Under the pieces are notes generated by a model. The model made no database searches, had not been told where the DNA came from, and worked only from the letters and a program-made list of their open reading frames with translations. DNA of 64,000 bases from Candidatus Saccharimonadota bacterium (lineage in GTDB: Bacteria; Patescibacteriota; Saccharimonadia; Saccharimonadales; Saccharimonadaceae), in assembly GCA_013333695.2 (NCBI GenBank), contig JABCOH020000013.1, positions 4,623-68,622 on the forward strand. Direction: 5' to 3'. Within the stretch, counting starts at the first letter, position 1, and the number at the start of each line of letters is the position of its first letter. Position numbers and translations under genes: made by a program. Positions 1-10,091 of the stretch are shown in pieces.

Positions 1-1
1 A

Positions 2-280
2 CTCATCAACGAGTTCAAGAAATTGTTTACTGAGTACGATGTGCTGCTGACGCCAACGGCACCAACGCCAGCATTCAAGCTTGGCGAGAACACTAGTGAT
101 CCGATCAAAATGTATCTGTCTGATATTATGACCGTGCCAGCCAGCCTGGCCGGACTGCCAGCAATTTCTGTGCCAGCTGGAAATAATGACGAAGGATTAC
201 CGATCGGCGTGCAGCTAGTTGGTAATTACCGTTCGGACGGAAGCCTGCTGAAACTGGCGGCGGAAGTGGAGGTGATCTGA
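2..280 (+). CDS. gatA: Asp/Glu-tRNA amidotransferase subunit A, C-terminal part (truncated by window edge)
   Basis: Amidase C-terminus (PTAPTPAFKLGE...MYLSDIMTVPASLAGLPAISVP...GLPIGVQL); frame open from base 2; gatB lies downstream. Confidence 0.95.
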   Translation, partial: LINEFKKLFTEYDVLLTPTAPTPAFKLGENTSDPIKMYLSDIMTVPASLAGLPAISVPAGNNDEGLPIGVQLVGNYRSDGSLLKLAAEVEVI

Positions 281-699
281 TGGATGGATTGTTGATCGCA
301 CTAGTGGTGGCGGCGCTGGTGATCGGTGGCCTATTGATGCTATTCATTCAGTTGACGTCAAAACAAACGGAGAAGCTCGACCGGGAACTATACCGAAAAG
401 TCTGGCAGGCGGTGCAGCGTGTGGCCGATACAAATAACCCCGATAGCCTGCAGATGGCGATTATCAAAGCTGACAAGTTGCTCGACCGGGCGATGCGCGA
501 ATACGGCGTTAGCGGTACGACGATGGGTGAGCGGCTCAAGGCACGGCGTGGTCTGTGGACGAATGAGGACGCGGTTTGGTCGGCGCATAAGCTGCGTAAT
601 CAAATTGCCCACGAAAGTCGGGTCACCATCACCACCCAGACATTCAAGCGGGCAATGGCCGCCTTTGAACAAGCATTAAAAGATTTGGGAGCGTTATGA
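280..699 (+). CDS. Membrane-anchored hypothetical protein with HEPN/DUF4145-like helical domain
   Basis: N-terminal hydrophobic helix and RNQIAH (RxxxxH) motif; overlaps gatA stop and gatB start. Confidence 0.7.
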   Translation: MDGLLIALVVAALVIGGLLMLFIQLTSKQTEKLDRELYRKVWQAVQRVADTNNPDSLQMAIIKADKLLDRAMREYGVSGTTMGERLKARRGLWTNEDAVWSAHKLRNQIAHESRVTITTQTFKRAMAAFEQALKDLGAL

Positions 700-2198
700 T
701 GAGTGTATATGATGAGTACGAAATGACCATTGGCATTGAGTGCCACGTCCAGCTGGCGACCAAAACCAAACTGTTTAGTCCGGCTGATAACGACGCTCGC
801 GACGCCGAGCCGAATAGTAAAACGCACGAGATTGACTTTGGCCTGCCAGGCATGCTGCCAGTGCTAAATAAGCACTCTGTCGAGCTGGCGGTGCGCGCCG
901 GTAAAGCGTTGAACGCGCCAATTGCCCGCGTTAGCCGGTTTGATCGCAAGCATTATTTCTACCCTGACTTACCAAAGGGTTATCAGACCTCGCAGATGTA
1001 TCAGCCGATTATCTTGGCTGGCTATGTCGACGCGCCGCTGGAAGACGGTTCGCTCAAACGGGTGCGGATTCATCACGCGCACATGGAGGAGGACGCTGGC
1101 AAATTGACGCACTATGACGGCTATTCGTTGGTTGACCTCAATCGCGCTGGTACGCCGCTGATTGAAATTGTTTCTGAGCCGGATATTCATTCTGCCGAGG
1201 AGGCGAGGGCGTACGCTTCGGAGCTGCACAAATTAATGGTGTATGCTGGCGTCACGCACGGCGATTTATACCACGGCAACATGCGGTTTGATGTCAATAT
1301 TTCGGTGGCCAAGAAAGGTGCGACCGAGCTCGGTAAACGCGCGGAAGTGAAGAATCTCAATTCATTCCGCAGCGTTGAGCGTGCCGCTGAATACGAGTTC
1401 AAGCGTCAAGTTGACCTGCTGGAGCGTGGTGAGCCGGTAGTTCAGGAAACTCGCGGCTGGAGCGATGACCAGCAAATTACTACCTCGCAGCGCTCGAAAG
1501 AAGACGCCCAGGACTATCGCTACATGCCCGATCCGGATATCCCGCCGATTGTTTTGACTGACGAGGAGATTGCTCACATGCAGCAGTATATGCCGTTGAT
1601 GCCAAGCCAGTGCCGAGAGCGTTGGGCTGATCTGGAGTTGGATCATTCAGTGATTACGACGATCCTCGGCCATCAGCCGCTCGCGATATTGCTTGATGCT
1701 ATCAAGACGCTGACGGTGCATAACGAGCAAGCCGTCCTTGATGAGCTGGGAGTTGACAAGATAAAATATCAGCGGCTGGTCAAGCGGATCTTTAACTGGT
1801 TTGCCTCGACGCCGGAGGAGTTGATTGATATGGATCTCATCGGGGAGGGCCATGTCGGGCCGCGTCGGTTGACAGAGTTGTCGCTACTCGTCGAGGATAA
1901 CGAGGTGAGTTCAACTGGTGGCAAAGAGATTTTCCTTAGTCTATTCGACCGACAATATCTCAAACAGGGGCCGCGTGAGATTGCTCAAATCAAGAACTTG
2001 CTGCAGGTATCTGACGAGGGGGTGATCGCAGCCATCGTTGACGAAGTATTGAATGACCCAGCCTCGGCGGCATCCATCGCTGATATTCGCTCGGGCAAAG
2101 ACAAAGCTATCGGCTACCTCGTCGGTCAAGTCATGAAGCGCTCTAAGGGCCAGGCCAACCCAAGCCTCGCCCAGAAACTAATCCGAGAGCGACTGTAA
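696..2198 (+). CDS. gatB: Asp/Glu-tRNA amidotransferase subunit B
   Basis: IGIECHVQL, FDRKHYFYPDLPKGYQ, HMEEDAGK, DLNRAGTPLIEIVSEPD, DYRYMPDPD motifs. Confidence 0.98.
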   Translation: MMSVYDEYEMTIGIECHVQLATKTKLFSPADNDARDAEPNSKTHEIDFGLPGMLPVLNKHSVELAVRAGKALNAPIARVSRFDRKHYFYPDLPKGYQTSQMYQPIILAGYVDAPLEDGSLKRVRIHHAHMEEDAGKLTHYDGYSLVDLNRAGTPLIEIVSEPDIHSAEEARAYASELHKLMVYAGVTHGDLYHGNMRFDVNISVAKKGATELGKRAEVKNLNSFRSVERAAEYEFKRQVDLLERGEPVVQETRGWSDDQQITTSQRSKEDAQDYRYMPDPDIPPIVLTDEEIAHMQQYMPLMPSQCRERWADLELDHSVITTILGHQPLAILLDAIKTLTVHNEQAVLDELGVDKIKYQRLVKRIFNWFASTPEELIDMDLIGEGHVGPRRLTELSLLVEDNEVSSTGGKEIFLSLFDRQYLKQGPREIAQIKNLLQVSDEGVIAAIVDEVLNDPASAASIADIRSGKDKAIGYLVGQVMKRSKGQANPSLAQKLIRERL

Positions 2199-2770
2199 TG
2201 AAAACATTCACGCGTATTCAGCCAACCACCACGCAGACTGTCGGCGAGGCGTACAAGCGCTCGGCCGTCATCAAGCGGTATCAAGCAGAGGATGGTGAGC
2301 AGCATGAGTTTACAACCTTCTTTTCTGAGGAGTTAGTGTCAGTATTGGTAGTAGCAGTGACGACGGATAACAAGATCGCTATGACCTATCAGTTTCGAGC
2401 TGGTCCAGAAAAATGGCTCTATGATTTTCCCGGCGGTGACGGGGAGCCGGGTGAAGCAGTAGAGATGGTAGCACGGCGTGAACTAGTGGAAGAGACTGGT
2501 TGTACACCGGGGCACTTTGAATATATTGGTGAATGCTATGAGGGCCCGTATATTAACATCAAGATTGCAGTGTACTTGGCGACTGATTGCGTGTACAATG
2601 AGGATGCAATCCACCTTGATCAAGCTGAAAGTAGCCAGGGCGCTGAACTACGGTTTGTTTCAGCGGCAGAGTTGTTTGCCATCGCTCGGGCGGGTGATTT
2701 ATGTGTAACAGGGCCATTCGCGCTACTGTTTGATTATTTAGATAACCTACGACAGGAGGAACTATCATGA
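2198..2770 (+). CDS. NUDIX hydrolase (ADP-ribose pyrophosphatase-like)
   Basis: Nudix box GDGEPGEAVEMVARRELVEETG, upstream QFR motif. Confidence 0.9.
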   Translation: MKTFTRIQPTTTQTVGEAYKRSAVIKRYQAEDGEQHEFTTFFSEELVSVLVVAVTTDNKIAMTYQFRAGPEKWLYDFPGGDGEPGEAVEMVARRELVEETGCTPGHFEYIGECYEGPYINIKIAVYLATDCVYNEDAIHLDQAESSQGAELRFVSAAELFAIARAGDLCVTGPFALLFDYLDNLRQEELS

Positions 2771-3675
2771 AAAAACCAACCAAAGCTATCATCGCTGCCG
2801 CTGGCTTCGGTACGCGGTTCTTGCCGCAGACCAAGGCCATGCCAAAAGAAATGATGCCGCTGATCGACAAGCCGATTATCCAATACGTCGTCGAGGAATT
2901 AGTCGAGGCCGGCATCAAAGATATCATTATCATCGGTAGCGCCAACAAACGAGCAATTGAGGATCATTTTGACAGGCCGAACGAGGAGCTGCTAGTCAAT
3001 CTGCGGGCGGGCGGCGCCAAGAAACAGCCACTGATTGACATCGTGAATAATTTGTCAGAAATGGCTAACTTTGTCTATATCCGCCAGAAAGGCCCGTACG
3101 GCAATGCCACACCGTTGACCTGCGCCGCACATTTGATCAATGGTGATGAGCCGGTTATTTATACGTTTGCTGATGACTTTATCGCTGCTAGTCCCAGTCG
3201 GTTCCGCCAGATGATCACTGCGGCACAAAAATTAGACGGCGCGGTGCTATCGTGCAAGAAGATTATTGATGATGCTGAATTTGATCGCTACGGCGTGGTT
3301 AACGGTGAGCAGGTTGCTGACGGCGTGATCAAGATGACAAACATCGTTGAAAAGCCAGGTAAGGCCAATGCCCCGTCCGATCTTGCAAGCGTCAGTAGCT
3401 ATTTGCTGCCGGGCGAGTTCTTTACCTATCTCGATAAGGCCAAGCATGCGTTTGATGGTCACGGCGAATTTACAGTGCAGCCGATTATGCAGAGTATGAT
3501 TGATGACGGCCATAGTTTTTATGGCGTAGAAATTACCAATGGCACATACTATGACACTGGTGACAAGCTAGAGTATCTCAAGACAGTGATCGATTTTGGT
3601 ATGCGCGACCCGAAGCTTGGTGCGAGCCTTCGTGAATATCTAGTCAAGCGGCTTGAGGAAAATGGCGCCAACTAA
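2767..3675 (+). CDS. galU: UTP-glucose-1-phosphate uridylyltransferase
   Basis: AAGFGTRFLPQTKAMPKEMMP, VEKP, YDTG motifs; Shine-Dalgarno GGAGG upstream. Confidence 0.92.
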   Translation: MKKPTKAIIAAAGFGTRFLPQTKAMPKEMMPLIDKPIIQYVVEELVEAGIKDIIIIGSANKRAIEDHFDRPNEELLVNLRAGGAKKQPLIDIVNNLSEMANFVYIRQKGPYGNATPLTCAAHLINGDEPVIYTFADDFIAASPSRFRQMITAAQKLDGAVLSCKKIIDDAEFDRYGVVNGEQVADGVIKMTNIVEKPGKANAPSDLASVSSYLLPGEFFTYLDKAKHAFDGHGEFTVQPIMQSMIDDGHSFYGVEITNGTYYDTGDKLEYLKTVIDFGMRDPKLGASLREYLVKRLEENGAN

Positions 3676-4006
3676 ATCGTCAAGAGAAAGTGGCCATGAG
3701 GACAAGAAGGCAGCCGACCCACGTCCCTCGGTAGCCCGCCGCGCCATTGATCGCATCAAGCGTGATAACGAAAATGGCGCCCGGCAAGCAATGATTGAAG
3801 ACTTGTTTTTTGATTTTCATCAATCACGGCGGCAGATCTATTGGATAAACTTTTGGCGCGGCTTTTTCTTTGGCATGGGTAGCCTCGTGGGCGTGACGGT
3901 GTTGATCATGGTGTCAGCTTGGCTGCTCGGGCGGTTTGCTGATATCTTTCCGGCACTGGCGGATTTTCTCAATCAGTTGATTGATACCATGCAGCGCCGG
4001 CGCTAA
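3662..4006 (+). CDS. Small membrane protein, DUF5665-like
   Basis: NFWRGFFFGMGSLVGVTVLI hydrophobic motif; ATG 3662 chosen over TTG 3653. Confidence 0.65.
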   Translation: MAPTKSSRESGHEDKKAADPRPSVARRAIDRIKRDNENGARQAMIEDLFFDFHQSRRQIYWINFWRGFFFGMGSLVGVTVLIMVSAWLLGRFADIFPALADFLNQLIDTMQRRR

Positions 4007-4056
4007 CATGCTATACTGAGTAAGGAAAATAGGAGGTAACGCCCAGAGCGTCATAG

Positions 4057-7000
4057 ATGATGATGGCTACGAAAAACACGACAGCTCAAGCCGCGGCTAC
4101 GTTACAGCCGTCTGATTACGTACACCTGCACAATCACACCCACCACTCGCTTCTGGATGGGCTGACTAAAATTCCTGACATGGTGGCGCGGGTGAAGGAG
4201 CTGGGCATGGAGGCCTGTGCCATTACTGATCACGGTACCATGTCGGGTGCGATCGAGTTTTATAAAGCCGCTAAGAGCGCTGGCATCAAGCCAATCATCG
4301 GTATCGAAACCTACGTAGCAGCCCGTACTCGTCACGACCGCGACCCGGCCAAGGACAAGGCACGCTATCACCTGACGCTACTGGCCATGAATCACAAGGG
4401 CTATCAAAACCTGATGCAGCTCAGCACCATTGCTAACCTTGAGGGCGTCTACTACAAACCGCGTATTGACCACGAATTGCTGGAACAATACAACGAAGGC
4501 ATCATCTGTATGTCTGGCTGTATTGGTGGTGAGTTGGGTGAGAATTTGCGTAATGATGATTATGAAAAAGCTAAGGAAATTGCTGGCTGGTACAAGTCAG
4601 TGTTTGGCGACCGATACTACATGGAGCTCCAAGACCATGGTCACCCCGAAGCTCGCAGCCACTGGCCGGAGCAGAAAAAGGTCAATGATTACATTGAGCG
4701 CATCAGCGAGGAACTGGACATTCCGTGTGTAGTGACCAGCGACGGCCATTACCTCAATCACGAAGACCAGGAGGCGCATGAAATTCTGCTGTGCGTTGGT
4801 ACCGGGGCGTACTTGAGTGATGAAAAGCGGATGAGCTTGAAGGATTTTGAGCTGCATTTGACCACACCGGAAGATATCATTTCGCGGTGGCAAACAACCA
4901 ACCCTCAGGCAATCGCCAATACCAAAGTTATCGCTGATCGGTGCGACGTAGAAATTAAACTTGGTGATATTCTCATCCCGAAATTCCCAACGCCAAACGG
5001 TGAGTCCGAGAAGGAATATCTGGATCATCTGGTGTACAGCGGCATGGCAGCACGGTACGCTGGCATGAAGTTGGAAGATGCAAAGAAACTGCCAAATGAC
5101 CAACTACGAGCCAAGTTGTCAGAGGCGCAGCTAGAACGACTAGATATGGAATTCGGCGTGCTCGACAACATGGGCTATAACGGCTATTTTTTGATCGTCC
5201 AGGATTTTATCAACTGGGGCAAATCTCAGGGGATTATCTTTGGGCCAGGGCGTGGTTCGGCAGCTGGCTCAATCGTCGCCTATGCCCTGAATATCACCGA
5301 TCTTGACCCGCTGCATTACGACCTACTATTTGAGCGATTTCTCAACCCCGATCGTATCTCCATGCCCGACATCGATATCGACATTCAAGACACCCGCCGC
5401 GGTGAAGTGATTGAATATTGTGCCAAGAAATATGGCTCAGAACGAGTGGCTAACATCTGTACCTTTGGCACCATGGCGGCGCGTGCTTCGGTGCGTGATG
5501 TGGCGCGGGTGCTGCAGGTGCCATATGGCGAGTCCGACCGGCTGGCCAAGCTCATTCCGCCACCTGTACAGGGTCGTCATGTACCCATCAAAAAGTCGCT
5601 GGAGGAAGACCCTGATCTCAAGAAAGAATATGAAAGCAACCCGACCGCCAAGACCGTCTATGACTTTGCCTCGCGGCTGGAGGGGACGATTCGTTCACAC
5701 GGTGTGCATGCTGCCGGCGTGGTGATTGCACCGGATGACTTGGTGAAATATGTGCCGCTGGAGATGGCGCAAAAGGGTGTGGTGGCAACGCAGTATCCGA
5801 TGGGCCCGGTCGAAGAGCTGGGGCTATTGAAGATGGACTTTTTGGGTCTATCTAACTTATCTATCATCAATAATGCGCTGCGTATTATTCGCAAAGTCTA
5901 CAAGACGGATATTGATTTATCAACGCTGCCGCTGGATGATGAAGAAACCTACAAATTATTCCAGCGCGGTGATACCACCGGCGTGTTCCAGTTGGAGTCG
6001 GCTGGCATGAAGCGGTACTTGCGCGAGCTCAAACCAAGTGTCTTTGAAGACATCATCGCCATGGTGGCCCTGTACCGCCCGGGGCCAATGCAGTTTATCG
6101 CCTCATTCATCAAACGTAAACATGGCGAGGAAGAGATTACCTACTTACACCCCGGTATGGAAAACTCGCTGAAGAATACTTACGGCATCTTGGTCTATCA
6201 GGAGCAGTTTATGCAGATTTCCAAAGAGTGGTGTGGCTTTACCGGCGGACAGGCTGACACCCTGCGTAAGGCAGTCGGTAAAAAGAAAATTGACCTGATG
6301 AAAAAGGTCAAGCCAGAGTTTGTCGAGGGGGCAATTAAGGTCGGCGGCGCTACCAAGGAAATCGCTGAGCAATTCTGGGACGCGCTGGAAGAATTTGCTA
6401 ATTACTGTTTTAATAAGTCGCACGCGGCGTGTTATGGCCTGATCGCCTACTGGACGGCGTATCTCAAGGCGCATTATCCTGACGCATTTATGGCGGCGCT
6501 GATGACTAGTGATCAGGACGACACCGAGCGCCTGGCCATCGAGATGACCGAGTGTAAGCACATGGGTATCGAAGTGCTCAACCCGGACGTCAATGAGTCA
6601 TTTGTCGAGTTCGCGGTGGTGCCTGGTGAAAAGAAAATTCGTTTTGGCATGGCAGCGGTCAAGGGTGTTGGCGTTGGCGCGGTGGAAGAAATTATTCGTG
6701 CTCGCGAGGCTGATGGCTCGTTCAAGTCGGTCGAGGATTTTGCCAAGCGAGTGTCGACCAGCAAGTTTAACCGCAAGGCTTGGGAGTCGCTGATCAAAAC
6801 CGGTGCCTTTGACGGCTTTGGTGATCGGTCTGATTTATTGTTTAATCTTGATACCATTGTCGCCTTTGCTCAAAAAACTCAGAAAGAGGCCGCGTCGGGG
6901 CAGACTGACCTGTTTGGTATGCTTGGTGATGAGTCGGCTGATGTTCAGTCAACGATACAGCTACAGCCAGCGCCGGCCAAACACACCAACAAAGAACGGC

Positions 7001-7824
7001 TGATGTGGGAACGAGAACTGATGGGATTATATATTTCGGCGCATCCGCTCGATGCTTACGAGATATATCTCAGTGAGCAGGCACAGCCATTAACGCAGCT
7101 GGTGCCAGAATACGACGGTCGCCTGATGACAATTGGCGGTATCATTACGACCATGCGCACTATTGTCACTAAGTCAGGCAGCAAGATGGCGTTCGTCGGG
7201 ATCGAAGATAAGTTTGGCGAGGGCGAAGTTATCGTTTTTCCGAATTTGTATGAGCAAGTCGGCGCCAAGCTCGTCCAGGACGCTGTCATTCGGGTGACCG
7301 GCAAAAACTCAGCCCGTGATCGGGATGGTAATTTGGGCTCAGAGAGCAAGATGATTGCTGATGAAATTGAACTGATTTCTGACGATGACCTCCGGCAGTA
7401 TCAGTCGACTGGCCGCAAAATGGAAGCACCAAAGATGAGTAGCAAGGTCAAGCAAGAGCGGCGTACGGCATTTCGAACTCAAACGACTCAGCGAGCAGGC
7501 GCGGCCCGAGTATCGACAGCACAAAGGGTGAACGTGAAATCAACACCGGCCGACACGACAAACACGCTACCGCATCCAGCAGCTACGCACGCCGTGCCCG
7601 AGACAGAAAAGCTATTTCTTCATATCAAAAACCCGAGCGACCATGATAAACTAGTAGCACTCAAGTCACTCTGCTCCGAATACGCTGGTGTGACTGATGT
7701 GGTGTTGGTGCTGGGTGAGGCCAATAAATCTGCCATGCGCATGCCGTTTCGTGTTGAGGCTGGCGACCAGCTCATGAGTCAGCTGCGCCAGACGCTGGGT
7801 GATGAATGTGTGGTCTTGAAATAA
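4057..7824 (+). CDS. dnaE: DNA polymerase III alpha subunit
   Basis: PHP domain (HLHNHTHHSLLDG, ITDHG), GRGSAAGS, PDIDID, FNKSH, OB fold. Confidence 0.98.
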   Translation: MMMATKNTTAQAAATLQPSDYVHLHNHTHHSLLDGLTKIPDMVARVKELGMEACAITDHGTMSGAIEFYKAAKSAGIKPIIGIETYVAARTRHDRDPAKDKARYHLTLLAMNHKGYQNLMQLSTIANLEGVYYKPRIDHELLEQYNEGIICMSGCIGGELGENLRNDDYEKAKEIAGWYKSVFGDRYYMELQDHGHPEARSHWPEQKKVNDYIERISEELDIPCVVTSDGHYLNHEDQEAHEILLCVGTGAYLSDEKRMSLKDFELHLTTPEDIISRWQTTNPQAIANTKVIADRCDVEIKLGDILIPKFPTPNGESEKEYLDHLVYSGMAARYAGMKLEDAKKLPNDQLRAKLSEAQLERLDMEFGVLDNMGYNGYFLIVQDFINWGKSQGIIFGPGRGSAAGSIVAYALNITDLDPLHYDLLFERFLNPDRISMPDIDIDIQDTRRGEVIEYCAKKYGSERVANICTFGTMAARASVRDVARVLQVPYGESDRLAKLIPPPVQGRHVPIKKSLEEDPDLKKEYESNPTAKTVYDFASRLEGTIRSHGVHAAGVVIAPDDLVKYVPLEMAQKGVVATQYPMGPVEELGLLKMDFLGLSNLSIINNALRIIRKVYKTDIDLSTLPLDDEETYKLFQRGDTTGVFQLESAGMKRYLRELKPSVFEDIIAMVALYRPGPMQFIASFIKRKHGEEEITYLHPGMENSLKNTYGILVYQEQFMQISKEWCGFTGGQADTLRKAVGKKKIDLMKKVKPEFVEGAIKVGGATKEIAEQFWDALEEFANYCFNKSHAACYGLIAYWTAYLKAHYPDAFMAALMTSDQDDTERLAIEMTECKHMGIEVLNPDVNESFVEFAVVPGEKKIRFGMAAVKGVGVGAVEEIIRAREADGSFKSVEDFAKRVSTSKFNRKAWESLIKTGAFDGFGDRSDLLFNLDTIVAFAQKTQKEAASGQTDLFGMLGDESADVQSTIQLQPAPAKHTNKERLMWERELMGLYISAHPLDAYEIYLSEQAQPLTQLVPEYDGRLMTIGGIITTMRTIVTKSGSKMAFVGIEDKFGEGEVIVFPNLYEQVGAKLVQDAVIRVTGKNSARDRDGNLGSESKMIADEIELISDDDLRQYQSTGRKMEAPKMSSKVKQERRTAFRTQTTQRAGAARVSTAQRVNVKSTPADTTNTLPHPAATHAVPETEKLFLHIKNPSDHDKLVALKSLCSEYAGVTDVVLVLGEANKSAMRMPFRVEAGDQLMSQLRQTLGDECVVLK

Positions 7825-7838
7825 AATCTGAGTGTGAT

Positions 7839-9257
7839 CTACTGAACTTTTATCTCTCGTCGCCGCAGGAGCTTATTATACCAGCGAATCATACCGCGCC
7901 GTACTGGTCGGCCGATCATATTACCAAGCGATGCGCCGATGGCGATGGCCACGCCGATCATGATGGCTCGCGCCAATATCGCCAGTGACAGTAAAAATTC
8001 AGGGTCGGTCGGTGGATTTTCTATCACACCCATCAAGCCGTTGTAGAGCGACAAGCCTGGCACCAGCGGCACGATGCCGGCAGCGATAATGGCCACTGAA
8101 GGAAAGCGCCACAGCCGGGATGCCAGCACCGCCGTCAATCCGACTACTGTTGCTGCGGCGCCGCTGGCGATGACAACTCCGAGTGACCCAATTAGCGTAC
8201 TTGACACCCACCACCCTAACACACCGACACCGCCGGCAATCAGCATTCCGAATAAACGCGCGTGATTGCCGGCCGCGAAACCAGCGGCAATGATCAGCGC
8301 CCCCAAGTATTGCGCCCGTATGTCTGCCGCTAGTCCCAGCCGATCCGGCGTCGTTGGAAAACTAATGCCAAATCGCTGAATGATGTATAGCCCGGTCATC
8401 ACGCCGACAACGATACCCATCGTCGCCATGGTCACCCGTAGTAGCCGGGCATTTGCCGTCACGTAATATTCGTCAATCGCATCCTGAAAGGCGCCAACGA
8501 TCATCAGCCCCGCCACCAACAGCACGATACCGCTGATCACTAGCATCGTCGTATCAACCTGCCAGCCCAGCCAGCCATTCAGCCACTGGGCAGCACCCGC
8601 CGCCAGGGTGATTAGGAGTGCGGTAATGATTTGGAGGTAAAATGTTGCGAGGCCCCATTTGTCCAGAATCCTCATTGTCGCCGTCGCCACAAAGCCCATC
8701 ACAAACGCCAGCCCGCTCATCAGGATTGAGCCGTTAAATAAAATCACCACGCCCATCGATACGCCACCGCCCGCCAGGCAGACGGTCCAGCGTGAATGTT
8801 CCCGTCGATTTGTCAATAATTCCTCGGTTCGTCTCTCAGCCTCCGCTAGTGGTAAGTGATGGTCGCGAATCACGAGGGCGAGGTTTTGCAATGCTTGGAT
8901 CGTTTGGTAATTGACATACTTCAACGTGATCGTTCGCACCAACGTGAGCGGTTCGCGCTCAGAGCCGCGATCTTGAGATATAGTGATGAGCGTTGAGCTG
9001 ATATCAATGTGAACCCGTCGCCTACAGTACGTGCCAGTGATCCCTAGCGCCATATGCACGACGTCCCGTGCGGCCACTCCCATCGCTAGTAGCTCCTCGG
9101 CGATTGTCATCGTCATCCGCAGCGCTCGCATGTTCGGCGTCAGGCTCTCGTCGATTTTATCTAATTGCCAAATGGGTTCTGGCGTTGGTAATCGTGGAAT
9201 TCGTCCTAGTGATCGCTTGATAAATTCAGGTACTTTTCTTTTGACGGTTGTTTTCAC
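7839..9257 (-). CDS. ThrE-family threonine/serine exporter (fused two-domain form)
   Basis: Soluble N-terminal region then about 10 TM helices; LLVAGLMI and IVPLVPGLSLY motifs. Confidence 0.85.
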   Translation of the reverse strand: MKTTVKRKVPEFIKRSLGRIPRLPTPEPIWQLDKIDESLTPNMRALRMTMTIAEELLAMGVAARDVVHMALGITGTYCRRRVHIDISSTLITISQDRGSEREPLTLVRTITLKYVNYQTIQALQNLALVIRDHHLPLAEAERRTEELLTNRREHSRWTVCLAGGGVSMGVVILFNGSILMSGLAFVMGFVATATMRILDKWGLATFYLQIITALLITLAAGAAQWLNGWLGWQVDTTMLVISGIVLLVAGLMIVGAFQDAIDEYYVTANARLLRVTMATMGIVVGVMTGLYIIQRFGISFPTTPDRLGLAADIRAQYLGALIIAAGFAAGNHARLFGMLIAGGVGVLGWWVSSTLIGSLGVVIASGAAATVVGLTAVLASRLWRFPSVAIIAAGIVPLVPGLSLYNGLMGVIENPPTDPEFLLSLAILARAIMIGVAIAIGASLGNMIGRPVRRGMIRWYNKLLRRREIKVQ

Positions 9258-9335
9258 ATCACTACTATAGCGCCTCTTGGCTAAAATGAAAATAGTTTAG
9301 TGGGTCGAGACCTGCATGGGTGATACAATAAGCTT

Positions 9336-10073
9336 ATGGACGAACGGCAGATAGCTCAACTTGAGACAATAAAAAATAAAGTGCGTGATATATTAGGCGG
9401 CGACCCATCGGGTCATGCTGATGATCACGTTGAGCGGGTGGCACTGCTGGCGGAGCGTTTTGCTAGCGAATGCAGCGAATCAGTAGATCTGCAAGAAGTG
9501 TTGCTGACGGCTTGGCTGCATGACGTCGACGACTACAAACTAGTCGGCAAGGCGCAGGCAGAGAAATTGACGAATACAGCCAATAGTATGGCGGAGGTGG
9601 GAGTGGCCACCGACCTATGCCAGGCGGTATTAGAAAATATTGCGGCGATTGGTTATAGTAAACGGCTGAACGGCCAGCAGCCGCGACGGGTAGCCGGGCA
9701 GTTGGTATCTGACGCCGATATGTGCGATGCTATCGGTGCGGTCGGGATTGAGCGGGGATTGATGTATGCTTGCCATCACGGTGGGCGGATTTTTGACCCC
9801 GCGGTTTGGCCAAATGTTGATCTAGCGGCGCACGAATACGACGTTAGCGGCAACACGCATGATACCGACGGCTTCATCAATCACTTCTTTGAAAAGCTGC
9901 TGAAGCTAAAAAGCTTGATGCTAACGGAGCCGGGGCGAATAGAAGCAGGGAAGCGCCAGCACGTTATGGTTGATTTCCTTCGTGCCTATTTCCGCGAAAA
10001 GGATGTGCCGGAGTGGAGTGAGTTTTTGGAAGGGTATTTACTTGATATAACTAAGGCAAATGATTTACAATAG
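9336..10073 (+). CDS. HD-domain phosphohydrolase (YedJ/YpgQ-like)
   Basis: GHADDHVERV, AWLHDVDD, VSDADMCDAIGAVGI, HFFEKLLKL. Confidence 0.9.
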   Translation: MDERQIAQLETIKNKVRDILGGDPSGHADDHVERVALLAERFASECSESVDLQEVLLTAWLHDVDDYKLVGKAQAEKLTNTANSMAEVGVATDLCQAVLENIAAIGYSKRLNGQQPRRVAGQLVSDADMCDAIGAVGIERGLMYACHHGGRIFDPAVWPNVDLAAHEYDVSGNTHDTDGFINHFFEKLLKLKSLMLTEPGRIEAGKRQHVMVDFLRAYFREKDVPEWSEFLEGYLLDITKANDLQ

Positions 10074-10091
10074 GCGGACAAGGACTATAGT

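Noticed and set aside
4057..7824. Intein in dnaE
   Set aside because: The extra length is a C-terminal low-complexity linker; no intein splice motifs or LAGLIDADG blocks seen.
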